From Candidatus Marinacidobacterales bacterium (GTDB lineage: Bacteria; Acidobacteriota; Vicinamibacteria; Marinacidobacterales; SMYC01): a stretch of DNA of 64,000 nt. Shown piece by piece: positions 13,201-22,121 of the stretch. How positions within the stretch are numbered: position 1 is the first letter of the stretch; each line of letters opens with the position of its first letter. Position numbers and translations under genes: made by a program. Under the pieces are notes generated by a model, which did not search any database, was not told where the DNA came from, and saw only the letters and a program-made list of their open reading frames with translations. The stretch spans positions 2,528,001 through 2,592,000 of the forward strand of contig OZ250169.1 of assembly GCA_965237955.1 (NCBI GenBank), read 5' to 3'.

Positions 13201-14242
13201 CGAGCTTCACGCGGTCTTTGGCTCTGGCCCGGTGTTGTTTTCCGGCGCCGTCTCGCTCGAAGGCTTGTCGGCAGGCTCGATTGATCTCGCTGCTACCGGG
13301 AGGGGGATGCGACTGCGCTACCCGGAAGGATTAGTGGCGCAGCTCGACGCGGACCTCACTCTTCTCGGAAGTCGTGATGAGCAAGTCCTGAGCGGGCAAA
13401 TTACGCTCACCGACGCCGTGTGGACCCGAGACTACGATCTCGTCGCTGGCATCCTGAGTGACAGTGAAGGCGTCGGCCTGTTCGACGAGTTCGCCGAAGA
13501 CGAGCTGTTCGAGAACTTGAGATTCGATGTCGCCATCGTTGCGCCCGAGAGCCTTCGCTTGAAGAACTCTATAGCCGAGATCGACGCCAGCGCCGAGCTC
13601 GAGCTCCGCGGGAGTCTCGCGCAACCGGTGCTCCTCGGCACCACCGAGGCCCACCGTGGCGAGGTCTACTTTCTCGGCCAGCGCTACGACATTACCGCGG
13701 GGAAGATCGACTTCGTCGATCCGACCAAAGTCCAACCTTTCATCGAGCTCACCGCGGAGACGCGGGTTCGCAGCTATCGCGTCGAGCTGCGCTTGACGGG
13801 AACGAGCGATCGGTTCTACCCCGAGCTCAGCTCGGACCCACCGCTCAGGACGGTAGACATCTTGCGATTGCTCTCGGGCGCGAGCGAGCGCGACATCCTC
13901 ATCGGGACCGAGGAGGAGGAGCTTGCCGGCGTCGGCGTCGCATCGCTTCTGACCGAGCGTCTGTCGCAAGAGTTCGGCCGTCGCGCCGAGCGTCTGTTCG
14001 GGCTCGACCGCTTCAGCATCGATCCATTTCTCGTGGGCCAGATCGCGAACCCGACCGCACGCGTCAGTCTCGGGAAGCAAATCACGCGCGATCTCAGCAT
14101 CAACTACTCGACGAACCTGAACGCAACGACGGAAGCCATCATCCTCATCGAGTACACGCCCGAAGGCAACATGTCGTGGATTCTCTCTCGGGATGAAGAG
14201 GGGGATGTCGGCATCGACGTCAAGTTCCGCAAGAGCTTCTGA
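10250..14242 (+). CDS. tamB: TamB/AsmA-family translocation and assembly module protein
   Basis: N-terminal TM anchor, 1330 aa beta-rich, C-terminal TamB-like domain; overlaps the Omp85 gene by 1 nt. Confidence 0.8.
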   Translation: MTTWRQRFIRFLGWWIAAFASFVAAILLVFAVYLLFFDYPEMLREKLEIELSEIAGAPAHIGSINLDITSYAFELTDVSVGGRRGDGETENAESILTLERVWGRLRLSEIVRLRLHWTELVVQGLSVRLVEGSEGGLAFPGDVSASPALAGARVAFSADRISLEDAVFVLSNENVPWQLEASNLGLELTRDRGNSYKGTLSYDDGVLVIKDHARIEGSVSAEIELSAGELFVHEARGESEFGIVTARGKLGLGGGGVLSGRFDVEAEGDLERTANLLGLELDEGALTGAAHFEGSLSITPDNRKLEGTLQWPAGRLHGVPMRDWTGDLFWDRQLLQVSLAQGQLASGRARVSLHQALPMADHPAVLDLDVTGASLSEILAGLSGLSGMPGRPSPLESNVSGRASLLFPAASPDRIDGTFEVTGTMPAAGLTTEDADVEGVAFVVSGRVSEGDIELTSAEVETATLTGTMTGLYPREGSAELLVDIHSVDLARTDELARDVRRLFRLSGLSGLSRTADEPDPEAWGIAGRGRARGRLTERLPHLRFEGALEAPEFRFDRLRVDDLEARAVLSRGALSFEDLLGHRNDGVVAGSGSFSVEGPIGSRDFDLELRFSEWPASDLATLLDSAVTAEGLATGDLALRRSSGELDGVAELAVSRLVLLGALFDRAEARASFAGKKVVLEQASVFRGDARFEGALELDIQTGAVQGELSTREFPLDGSNVFGLELTGWLDAEAALAGHVDAPVIDLTAEGRSLNLGGAALPDATITATIVNEDLELDVRLGDAHALEASGRLRGYAPVSGTLRFVELDAGPWFARVSESFSQTTRVLTTGSARFTAELRRASSLDIAATLTQVVVQSDRVRLESLAPVEARYQDGILHMPSLTLAEGSSRVALGGTVNFLARSLDLRLEGVTEFDIVETFYPSLAATGSVDLSARVTGSWDAPSLSGRADLDGSSLRLEGFPQALGGLRGRLVFDNRTIRIPELHAVFGSGPVLFSGAVSLEGLSAGSIDLAATGRGMRLRYPEGLVAQLDADLTLLGSRDEQVLSGQITLTDAVWTRDYDLVAGILSDSEGVGLFDEFAEDELFENLRFDVAIVAPESLRLKNSIAEIDASAELELRGSLAQPVLLGTTEAHRGEVYFLGQRYDITAGKIDFVDPTKVQPFIELTAETRVRSYRVELRLTGTSDRFYPELSSDPPLRTVDILRLLSGASERDILIGTEEEELAGVGVASLLTERLSQEFGRRAERLFGLDRFSIDPFLVGQIANPTARVSLGKQITRDLSINYSTNLNATTEAIILIEYTPEGNMSWILSRDEEGDVGIDVKFRKSF

Positions 14243-17133
14243 TGATCGCACCGAAATTCGCTCGGCGCTTCACCGGGGTGTTGTCCCTCACCGGCATCTG
14301 GGTGATTGCGGCGAGCGTAGCAGCGCAGCCTGAACGAAGCGCGACCGAGCGCTATCGCGGCATGGTGGTACGAGACGTTCTTCTCGCTTACGAAGGGGAG
14401 GAAATGCCGGAAGCCACACGCGCCCTCCTCGACCTCGCGCCGGGGGACCTCTACCGGCCGGATGCGGTGCGGCGCTCCATCCGTCAGCTCTTTGCTCTTA
14501 GCGCGTTCAGCGACATCAAAGTCGAAGCTGAGCGAGTGGGCGACGAAGACGCAGTCGACGTGCTGTTCCGTCTGTACCCAAGACTCGAAGTCCGTGCCGT
14601 CGAGATGCGGGGTCTCGATGCTGGGCTCAAGAGCCTCGAGGACCGCCTCATCGACGAAAGTAGGGTGAATCCCGGAGACCCACTCGATGTCGACGCCCTT
14701 GCCGCGGGCGCCGCGCGCATCGAGAACGTTCTTCGCGGAGAAGGCTATCTCTGGGCGACGGTGGAGCCGGAAGCGTCGGTTCAATCTTCGATGGCGGTCG
14801 TCGTTTTCCACATCGAGCCAGGCCGCCAGGCACAGATAGGCTCGGTCGAGATCTCGGGCGTCGCACCTTACGCGGCTACCCACATGCGCCGCGAGCTCGA
14901 CGTTGGTGAAGGAAGCCTCTATTCGCGATCCGAGATCGACGCGGGTGTGGACAAGCTGTCGACATCATGGCGTGAGCTCGGCTTCTACGGAGCTTCGGTC
15001 GAGGTCGAGGCGATCCCGGACGAGCGAGCGGACCGGGCACGGGTCGATCTCAAAATCGCGGTCGATATGGGGCCGCGCGTTCACATCGAGGTCGAAGGCG
15101 GCGATTTCTCCGACAAGACGATTCGAAAGCTCGTCCCTCTGTACGGAGAGACCTTGTTCACCGAAGATCTGATCGAGGAGTCGCGCGCCAACCTCGAAGG
15201 CTATCTGCGCGAGCGCGGTCACCGAGATGCTTCGGTTGCGATCGAGCGCGAGACCTTGGCCGAAGGCCGCTATCTGTACCTCCGCTTCCGCGCCGAACCG
15301 GGGCTTTCGTACGACGTCGTCGGGATCGAAATCGAAGGGCTCGACTCGATTGCCGAGGCTGATGTTCGTTCGTTGTTCGTGACGCGAACGACGCGTCGGT
15401 TCCGATCCGCCCCGTTTCAAGAAAGAGTTTGGCGACAAGATCTCGAGGCGGTTCAGAGCTACATGGAGCGTCAAGGGTTCCATCGCGCCTTAGTGACGAG
15501 TCGGGAGGAGGCGCCAGGGGAAGCACCCGGAAAGCTCAAGCTCGTCGCCGTCATCGATGAAGGACCCCGCGCGCTCATCGAGTCCGTCCAGGTCGAGGGA
15601 GCGTCGGCCCTCGACTCGGGCGCGGTCTTGAAAGCATCCGGGCTCTCCCCGGGCGCTCCCTTCGATGCCACCGGCGTCGTCGAAGCACGCGAGCGCATCG
15701 TGGCCCACTACTACGATCAGGGGTTTCGACAGGTCAACGTCCAGGCGCGAACGCTCATGGACGACGCTGGGACGCGTGCGGACATCGAGCTCCGCATCGG
15801 CGAAGGCCGGAGAACGCGGGTCGATCGCGTCATTGTTTCTGGATTGAGCGTCACCAGGGAGTCCGCCGTCCGAGGGCTCGTCACCGTCGAAAGTGGTGCG
15901 CCGCTATCGCGCGTCGACATTCTCGATACTCGCCAAAAACTCGTCGGCTCGGGTTTGTTCAAGAGCGTGAACGTCGAGGTCCTGCCCGCGGACCCGATCA
16001 CCAACCGCAGTGACGTTCTTATCTCCGTCGAAGAAGGCCCTCAAAGCACATTCGGCTATGGGTTCGGCTTCGAGGAGCAGCAGCTGCTTCGTGCCGAGGT
16101 CGAAGTCACGCGCAGGAATCTCTTCGGCCTCAACCGCACCATTAGCGTGTTTACCCGGGCGAGCTTTCGTGGCGGGCGTTTCATCACCACCTATCGCCAG
16201 CCCGACAGCATTTTTGAAAACCTTCCCTTGTTCGTGAGTCTTTTCGTCGAAGAGGAACAGCGGACCGGCTTCAAGTACAACCGTGCCGGTGTCGGCCTTC
16301 AGATTTCGAAACGACTCAGGGAAGATCAAACTCTCTTCTTTCGATACCGATTCGACAACACCGAAGTGTTCGATCGCCGCAACCTGGCCATCGACGAGAT
16401 CGATCGACGGTTTCAGCCGGTGCGTATCGGCGCGATCTCGGTCGCCTCCGTGACCGATCGGCGGGACGACCCTCTGAATCCCGCCGCGGGTCAGTTTCGC
16501 ATCATGGACGTGGAGTGGTCGACGAAGGCTCTCGGCACCGAAGCGCCGTACCTGAAAGGATTGGCGCGGCAATTTTTCTATCGGTCCCTACCCCACCGTA
16601 TGGTGGTCGCCGTCGGAATGCGTCTCGGCGTCGCCTACAGCTCGAACCGCCTTGAAGACGACCCAGAGTTCAGCATTCCCATCGTGGAGCGTTTCTTCGC
16701 CGGCGGCGCCACGACCCTACGCGGGTTCGCGCTCGATCAAGCGAGCCCGCTGCGAAACGTCATCGCCGAGGAAGATAATGAGCCGATTTTCGAGGACGAG
16801 GAGCACTTGATCGTCAAGGGAGATCCGGCCGGCGGCAACGTCATCTCACTTCTAAACCTCGAGCTTCGGTTTCCGATCTGGGGCAACCTTCGCGGGGTAG
16901 CTTTTTCTGATAGCGGTGCCGTGTACGGTGAGCTCTCGGACTTCACGTTCAGGGATTGGCGATACAACGTAGGGTTCGGCTTCCGTTACGACACGCCGTT
17001 CGGCCCGCTGCGTGTCGACTACGGGTTCAAGCTCGACCGGCGCACATTCAAATCGATCCACTGCCCGGACCAGAGGATAGCGTGCACCGAGTCCTTTGGG
17101 CGCTGGCACGTGAGTTTGGGACATGCGTTTTAG
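14242..17133 (+). CDS. Omp85-family outer membrane protein (BamA/TamA-like, multiple POTRA domains)
   Basis: RFFAGGATTLRGF, GFGFRYDTPFGPLRVDYG, C-terminal SLGHAF. Confidence 0.9.
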   Translation: MIAPKFARRFTGVLSLTGIWVIAASVAAQPERSATERYRGMVVRDVLLAYEGEEMPEATRALLDLAPGDLYRPDAVRRSIRQLFALSAFSDIKVEAERVGDEDAVDVLFRLYPRLEVRAVEMRGLDAGLKSLEDRLIDESRVNPGDPLDVDALAAGAARIENVLRGEGYLWATVEPEASVQSSMAVVVFHIEPGRQAQIGSVEISGVAPYAATHMRRELDVGEGSLYSRSEIDAGVDKLSTSWRELGFYGASVEVEAIPDERADRARVDLKIAVDMGPRVHIEVEGGDFSDKTIRKLVPLYGETLFTEDLIEESRANLEGYLRERGHRDASVAIERETLAEGRYLYLRFRAEPGLSYDVVGIEIEGLDSIAEADVRSLFVTRTTRRFRSAPFQERVWRQDLEAVQSYMERQGFHRALVTSREEAPGEAPGKLKLVAVIDEGPRALIESVQVEGASALDSGAVLKASGLSPGAPFDATGVVEARERIVAHYYDQGFRQVNVQARTLMDDAGTRADIELRIGEGRRTRVDRVIVSGLSVTRESAVRGLVTVESGAPLSRVDILDTRQKLVGSGLFKSVNVEVLPADPITNRSDVLISVEEGPQSTFGYGFGFEEQQLLRAEVEVTRRNLFGLNRTISVFTRASFRGGRFITTYRQPDSIFENLPLFVSLFVEEEQRTGFKYNRAGVGLQISKRLREDQTLFFRYRFDNTEVFDRRNLAIDEIDRRFQPVRIGAISVASVTDRRDDPLNPAAGQFRIMDVEWSTKALGTEAPYLKGLARQFFYRSLPHRMVVAVGMRLGVAYSSNRLEDDPEFSIPIVERFFAGGATTLRGFALDQASPLRNVIAEEDNEPIFEDEEHLIVKGDPAGGNVISLLNLELRFPIWGNLRGVAFSDSGAVYGELSDFTFRDWRYNVGFGFRYDTPFGPLRVDYGFKLDRRTFKSIHCPDQRIACTESFGRWHVSLGHAF

Positions 17134-17782
17134 ATCAGCCAGCGGCCATCGGCCGTCAGCCATCGGCCGCGGGCTTGCGGTCGCGTTGTTGTTGATCGTG
17201 GCTTCGGGTGGGGCTTTTGCCGAGCCTGAGTTGGTCGATCGGATTGTGGCGATTATCGATCGGGACGTCATCATGCTTTCCGAAGCAGAGCAGGCGATGT
17301 GGCTCGTCGAGCTCCGCACCGACGACGACGTGAGCTTGCGCGACGTCGTCGAGCGTTTGGTCGTAGCGCGGCTCATCGAGCACGAAGTGGCGCGGTTCAC
17401 CGACGCACCCGTTCCCGACGAGCTAGTCGAAGAGCAGCTCGCGCGAGTGCGCTCGCGCTTCCCGTCCGAAGAAGCTTTGGATACGATGCTCTCGAGCAGC
17501 GGGCTGAGCGAGGAGGAGCTTCGCTCCGAGGTGAGACGTCAGCTCACGGTGAACCGCTACTTAGAGCGACGCTTTCGCGCGTTGACGTACGTGACTGATG
17601 ATGACATCCAGAACTACTTCTCCGAGGAAGTTCTACCGGAGCTTGCCGACGAGCGTGAGCCTACGCTCGAGGAGATCGATCAGATCCGCCGCATCCTCGA
17701 AGAGCAGCGGTTCAACGAACGCGTCGAGCAATGGATCGACGGGCTGAAAAAGCGCTCGCGCATCCGGCTCTACGTTTGGTAG
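17123..17782 (+). CDS. SurA N-terminal domain-like periplasmic chaperone
   Basis: VDRIVAII...IMLSE; C-terminal WIDGLKKRSRI; follows the Omp85 gene; true start uncertain because the 5' end overlaps a repeat. Confidence 0.75.
   Translation: MRFRSASGHRPSAIGRGLAVALLLIVASGGAFAEPELVDRIVAIIDRDVIMLSEAEQAMWLVELRTDDDVSLRDVVERLVVARLIEHEVARFTDAPVPDELVEEQLARVRSRFPSEEALDTMLSSSGLSEEELRSEVRRQLTVNRYLERRFRALTYVTDDDIQNYFSEEVLPELADEREPTLEEIDQIRRILEEQRFNERVEQWIDGLKKRSRIRLYVW
17134..17170 (+). repeat. GCCATCA/GCCGTCA heptamer array (single arm)
   Basis: tcagccagcggccatcggccgtcagccatcggccg. Confidence 0.6.
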
Positions 17783-17792
17783 CGCGGCGTCA
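17709..17792 (+). repeat. 84-bp direct repeat, left copy (3' end of the surA-like gene)
   Basis: matches 20640-20723 with 2 mismatches. Confidence 0.93.
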
Positions 17793-17794
17793 AT

Positions 17795-18818
17795 CGCGTC
17801 GTGTCCGAAAACACGAACGGAGCCGAAAGCTCGAATCGTAGAGGCGTTCTCGAAATTCGCGGAGACCAGCCGACGCGGCACCGGACCTGCGATAGGCGAT
17901 CCCGAGCAGACCTCACCTCCGGGCCATCCGTTCCGTCCAGCTTGCTTGCCAGAACTCCTATGCGGCGTCGCGGTGGTAACAACTGAGCAAGCCGCCCAAT
18001 CGCTTGCAGCAGCGCACGTTCCCCTGGCGTCTGCCGACGCGCTCGTCCGCTTCGGTCAGCGCGTTCTCCAGCCCTTGATGATTTCGCTCTTTATGATAAT
18101 GAGAAATGAATTCAGTGACGGCCCGGCGAAGCGATTGCTCACCGAAGAAGATCATCCGATTCAGGCACTCGCTTTTGATCGACAAATTCCCAATGGGCGG
18201 TCAGAAACGTGCGCCAGGGCGTCCGCTCACTTCTCTCGGGTGCGGGCTCGACGCCGTGCTCGCGCAAAATATTTGCGATGGTGCTCCTCGCAACGGTATG
18301 GCCGAGATTCGAGAGTGCGCCGCGAATTCTAGTGTACCCCCAGCGCGGATTGTCTTTCGCTAGGCGCACGGTGAGCTCGGTGAGCTCGACCATGACGCGC
18401 GGACGGCCCGCTCGTTTCCGCCGCGCGCTATAGTTCCACTTCCGCGCAATGAGCCTTCGGTGCCAGGCCAAGAGGGTTTCCGTTGTGACGATACCGGCGA
18501 CTTCTGCCAAGAGTTTCCGGCCGAGGGCCTTACCCTTTACCGCGAGCCGACGTCGCTCGTCGTCGGTGAAGCGAAGTTTCCTGCCGCGAAGCCGAGCTTT
18601 GAGGACTCTGTTCTCCTCGAGCAAGTAGACGATAGCGGCCTGTTGGTCACGCTGGATCCAACCAGCCACGGCGACGACCAAGAACGTCCAGGGTTGGATC
18701 GGCGTGCTCATGACGGTGCATTCTAGCTTCCCTTGGCGAAGCAAGCGTAGACGCGTCTATCCGAAACGCCCCGGCTGACGCGGGTCTTGAGTTCGTTCGT
18801 GTTTTTGGACAGGACGGG
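17795..18818 (-). mobile_element. defective IS with an integrase-core (rve/DDE) transposase, copy 1
   Basis: terminal IRs cgcgtcgtgtccgaaaacacgaacg / cgttcgtgtttttggacaggacggg; contains transposase N- and C-terminal fragments. Confidence 0.85.
17958..18711 (-). pseudogene. integrase-core transposase with the catalytic core deleted
   Basis: N-terminus ...AKDNPRWGYTRIRGALSNLG...WRTFLTAHWE joined out of frame to SIKSECLNRMIFFGE...YHKERNHQGL...RLGGLL; junction near 18187. Confidence 0.88.
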
Positions 18819-18884
18819 ACCTCCTTGGACTGGAGCGTATATCATGTGCCATCGGATCGGAATCGCTACCTGAGGAAGCAACCC

Positions 18885-20078
18885 ATGGCATTCGGAGTCG
18901 GATCGGAAGAGCGCATCGATCAGCAGCAGGCGGAGAGGAAGGTCGTCAGCGCCGTCACGGCGGAGACGGTGGTCGCGCTGGTGCTCGTCGCGGTGGCGTT
19001 TGCTGCGTTCGCATGGAAGATGGGTCTCGCCCACATGTTCGGAACGATGATGGCCACCGCGCACGACCTCATCTTGAACACGGTGCTCTTCCTGATGGGC
19101 GTGATCATCATCGCCGGCGCGTTCACGTCGCTCATCTCCGAGTTTGGCGTCGTGAGCATCGCCAATCGGGCCTTGTCTCCCCTCATGGGGCCGCTCTTCG
19201 GCCTCCCGGGGGCGACGTCGGTCGGCGTCGTGGCGACGTATCTGTCCGACAACCCCGCCATCATGCCCCTGAACGCCGACAAGGGGTTTCTAAAATACTT
19301 CAAGCGGTGGCAGGTGACGACGTTGGTGAACCTGGGGACCGTGTTCGGCATGGGCCTCATCGTCACGACGTTCATGCTGTCACAGTCCTCGGCGAGCGAG
19401 CCCTTGGGCCGGGCGGTGTTGCTCGGCAACATCGGTGCCATTCTCGGCGGCATCGTCGGCGTGCGACTCATGGGCCACTTCGGCAAGAAGCGATACGGCG
19501 CGGCCGAGGACGTGGTGTCCGGCGCCGAGGAGGGCTATGACATCTTGCGCTTTCGGGAGGTCAGGCCGGGAAACGTGCCGCAGCGGGCCCTGCAGGCGTT
19601 ACTCGACGGCGGACGGCACGGCGTCAAGACGGGGCTGGACATCATGCCCGGCGTCGTCATCATCACCACCACGGTCATGATGCTGGCGTACGGTCCCAAG
19701 GACGGTGTGTATACCGGGGCCGCCTACGAGGGCATCGCGTTCTTTCCCTGGATTGGCGCTCATTTTTCGTTCATCATCGAGCCGCTGTTCGGTTTCTCGA
19801 ATCCCGAGGCCATCGCGTTTCCCGTCACGTCGCTCGGGTCCGTCGGTGCCGCGATCGCCATGGTGCCCCAGTTTTTGGACACGGGCGTAGTCGACGCCAA
19901 GGGCATTTGTGTCTTCACGGCCATCGGTATTTGCAATGCCGGGTTCTTGAGCACGCACGTCGGCATGATGGACGGCATCAAGGAGCGCGACCTCACCAAC
20001 GTGGCCATTGCTACCCATTTTGCCGGCGGCTTGTGCGCCGGCATCTTCGGTCACGTGTTGTTCCTGCTGCTGGGTTGA
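18885..20078 (+). CDS. multi-pass membrane protein resembling the CD0519/CD1768 family (gate/nucleoside-recognition-like)
   Basis: SEFGVV..NRALSPLMGPLFGLPGA...TYLSDNPAI...NLGTVFGMGLIV...AFPVTSLGSVGAA...LSTHVGMMD; family recognised from memory. Confidence 0.7.
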   Translation: MAFGVGSEERIDQQQAERKVVSAVTAETVVALVLVAVAFAAFAWKMGLAHMFGTMMATAHDLILNTVLFLMGVIIIAGAFTSLISEFGVVSIANRALSPLMGPLFGLPGATSVGVVATYLSDNPAIMPLNADKGFLKYFKRWQVTTLVNLGTVFGMGLIVTTFMLSQSSASEPLGRAVLLGNIGAILGGIVGVRLMGHFGKKRYGAAEDVVSGAEEGYDILRFREVRPGNVPQRALQALLDGGRHGVKTGLDIMPGVVIITTTVMMLAYGPKDGVYTGAAYEGIAFFPWIGAHFSFIIEPLFGFSNPEAIAFPVTSLGSVGAAIAMVPQFLDTGVVDAKGICVFTAIGICNAGFLSTHVGMMDGIKERDLTNVAIATHFAGGLCAGIFGHVLFLLLG

Positions 20079-20161
20079 GCGTGGGGCGATGATGTCGCGA
20101 TCGATGCCCGTCTCCCGGGGTTCCGTCAAGTAGAGCTGGTCGCTGTTAGAACTTGACCGAC

Positions 20162-20641
20162 CCCGTCGTGTCCGAAAACACGAACGGAGCCGAAAGCTCG
20201 AATCGTAGAGGCGTTCTCGAAATTCGCGGAGACCAGCCGACGCGGCACCGGACCTGCGATAGGCGATCCCGAGCAGACCTCACCTCCGGGCCATCCGTTC
20301 CGTCCAGCTTGCTTGCCAGAACTCCTATGCGGCGTCGCGGTGGTAATAACTGAGCAAGCCGCCCAATCGCTTGCAGCATCGCACGTTTCCGTGGAGACTG
20401 CCGACGCGCTCGTCCGCTTCGATCAACGCGTTCTCCAGCCCTTGATGATGATTTCGCTCTCTATGATAATGACAAATAAATTCGGTGACGGCCCGGCGAA
20501 GCGATTGCTCACCGAAGAAGATCATCCGATTCAGGCACTCGCTTTTGATCGACAAATGGCGAAGCAAGCGTAGACGCGTCTATCCGAAACGCCCCGGCTG
20601 ACGCGGGTCTTGAGTTCGTTCGTGTTTTTGGACAGGACGGG
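20162..20641 (-). mobile_element. defective IS, copy 2 (MITE-sized, larger internal deletion)
   Basis: same ends (cccgtcgtgtccgaaaacacg...tttttggacaggacggg); only the transposase C-terminus remains. Confidence 0.85.
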
Positions 20642-20723
20642 TTCAACGAACGCGTCGACCAATGGATCGACGGGCTGAAAAAGCGCTCGCGCATCCGGCG
20701 CTACGTTTGGTAGCGCGGCGTCA
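20640..20723 (+). repeat. 84-bp direct repeat, right copy
   Basis: duplicate of the surA 3' end plus spacer; its final TCA is the stop codon of the convergent glycosyltransferase. Confidence 0.93.
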
Positions 20724-22121
20724 CTCGGTCACGTCGCGTAGCATTTCCCGCACCGTCTCGAGGCCGAACGTGCTCCCGACGGGCATATCCGCGATCGACG
20801 TCATCACCGACGCGGCCAAATCCGCCTGATCGTAGGGAGGAGGAGGGGCGAGCGAACCTTTTTGGCGCGCTGCCACGACTTTCTCCAGAAACGCCATATA
20901 CGCGTCGGCTTCGTCCTCGAGCTTGTAGTACGACTCGACGTGCTCGCGGGCGAACCGGCCCATGGCCGCCCGCAGCTCGGGACGCTCGTGGAATAGTCGC
21001 AACGTGCCCGCAATCGCTTCTATTTCCGGAAGCCCGAGATCGATGCGTGCTACGGTGTGCTCGGGAAACTCGACGAACGGTCCCGTGTTCGACACCAGGA
21101 CCGGCTTTCCCATGCCGAGCGTGCGGATGAGCGTTCCCGAAAGCTCACCGGTAGAGGGGAAGCGCAAGTTCACGACGACGTCGCATGCGAGCATGTACAG
21201 GTAGAACCGATCCATCGGCTGGCGCCCCGCGAGGACGAGCCGGTCGCCGAGCTCGGCGACGAGAGCTGGGTTGAGTGCGTAGCCCTCTTGAACTTCGCCG
21301 ACAACGAGAAATCGCGCGTCCGTCGCTCGCGCACTGGTTGCGAGAAAACGCCGGAAGCCCTCGAGCGCGCGATCGATGCGCTTCGCGCGTGTCGCAAGCC
21401 CGAACGACGCGACCAGAAACGCTTCCTCCGGCAATCCGAGAACGCGCCTCGCTTCCGCCGGAGTGTCGACGACCCTCCGGGTCGCGGGATCGACCCCCCG
21501 CGAAGCGGGTTCTGAAAGACGCGGGGCAGGTGCATAGTGATGCGGAGCGCGCCCGATGAACTTTCCCACCGGAATCGAGCCGAAACGCCTCTCGAGCCAG
21601 CGTTGCATGAACCGGGTGAGGACGAGCACACCGTAACTGCGCTCGATTAACCGCTCACACAGTGGGAACTTCGAGGTGAGGAGCTCGCTACCGAGTGCGG
21701 CGGCAACCTGACGGCCGAGCGCGGCACCGCGCTCCCCGTAGGCGCGCTTCATCTCCGACACGTAGAGTGCGGTGTCACCTCGCTCGACCGACAGGCCGAG
21801 AAACAAATGTTGTAGGACGAGATCGTGCAAAACGACGACGCCTGGAAACCTGAGCGCGGCGTTGAGCGCATAACGGTGATAGGAGCTGTTACCAATTTGG
21901 TAGAGGTTGAGATCGAATGCCTCCCGCTGGTTGACGTGTTCGTACTCGTTGGCGGGATGCCACGGAAATTGCTCGACGATGGCGCGGTTATTCGGCTCGT
22001 AGTCGTCCACGAACAGATGGATGTCCGCGCCTTTGTCGGCGAGGTAGGGAAGAAGCTCTTCGCTGTAGTCGGCAATGCCGGTGCCTCGAGGAGAGAGCGG
22101 GCTCCAGTAGGCGAGCTTCAC
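20721..22121 (-). CDS. glycosyltransferase family 4
   Basis: GTG start overlapping the upstream stop; SPLSPRGTGIADYS, VVLHD, NLRFPSTGELSG. Confidence 0.88.
   Translation of the reverse strand: MKLAYWSPLSPRGTGIADYSEELLPYLADKGADIHLFVDDYEPNNRAIVEQFPWHPANEYEHVNQREAFDLNLYQIGNSSYHRYALNAALRFPGVVVLHDLVLQHLFLGLSVERGDTALYVSEMKRAYGERGAALGRQVAAALGSELLTSKFPLCERLIERSYGVLVLTRFMQRWLERRFGSIPVGKFIGRAPHHYAPAPRLSEPASRGVDPATRRVVDTPAEARRVLGLPEEAFLVASFGLATRAKRIDRALEGFRRFLATSARATDARFLVVGEVQEGYALNPALVAELGDRLVLAGRQPMDRFYLYMLACDVVVNLRFPSTGELSGTLIRTLGMGKPVLVSNTGPFVEFPEHTVARIDLGLPEIEAIAGTLRLFHERPELRAAMGRFAREHVESYYKLEDEADAYMAFLEKVVAARQKGSLAPPPPYDQADLAASVMTSIADMPVGSTFGLETVREMLRDVTE

Larger units (their letters stand above)
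17795..20641. mobile_element. composite element: two defective IS copies in direct orientation flanking one cargo gene
   Basis: IS copy 1 at 17795-18818, cargo at 18885-20078, IS copy 2 at 20162-20641; flanked by 84-bp direct repeats. Confidence 0.8.
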
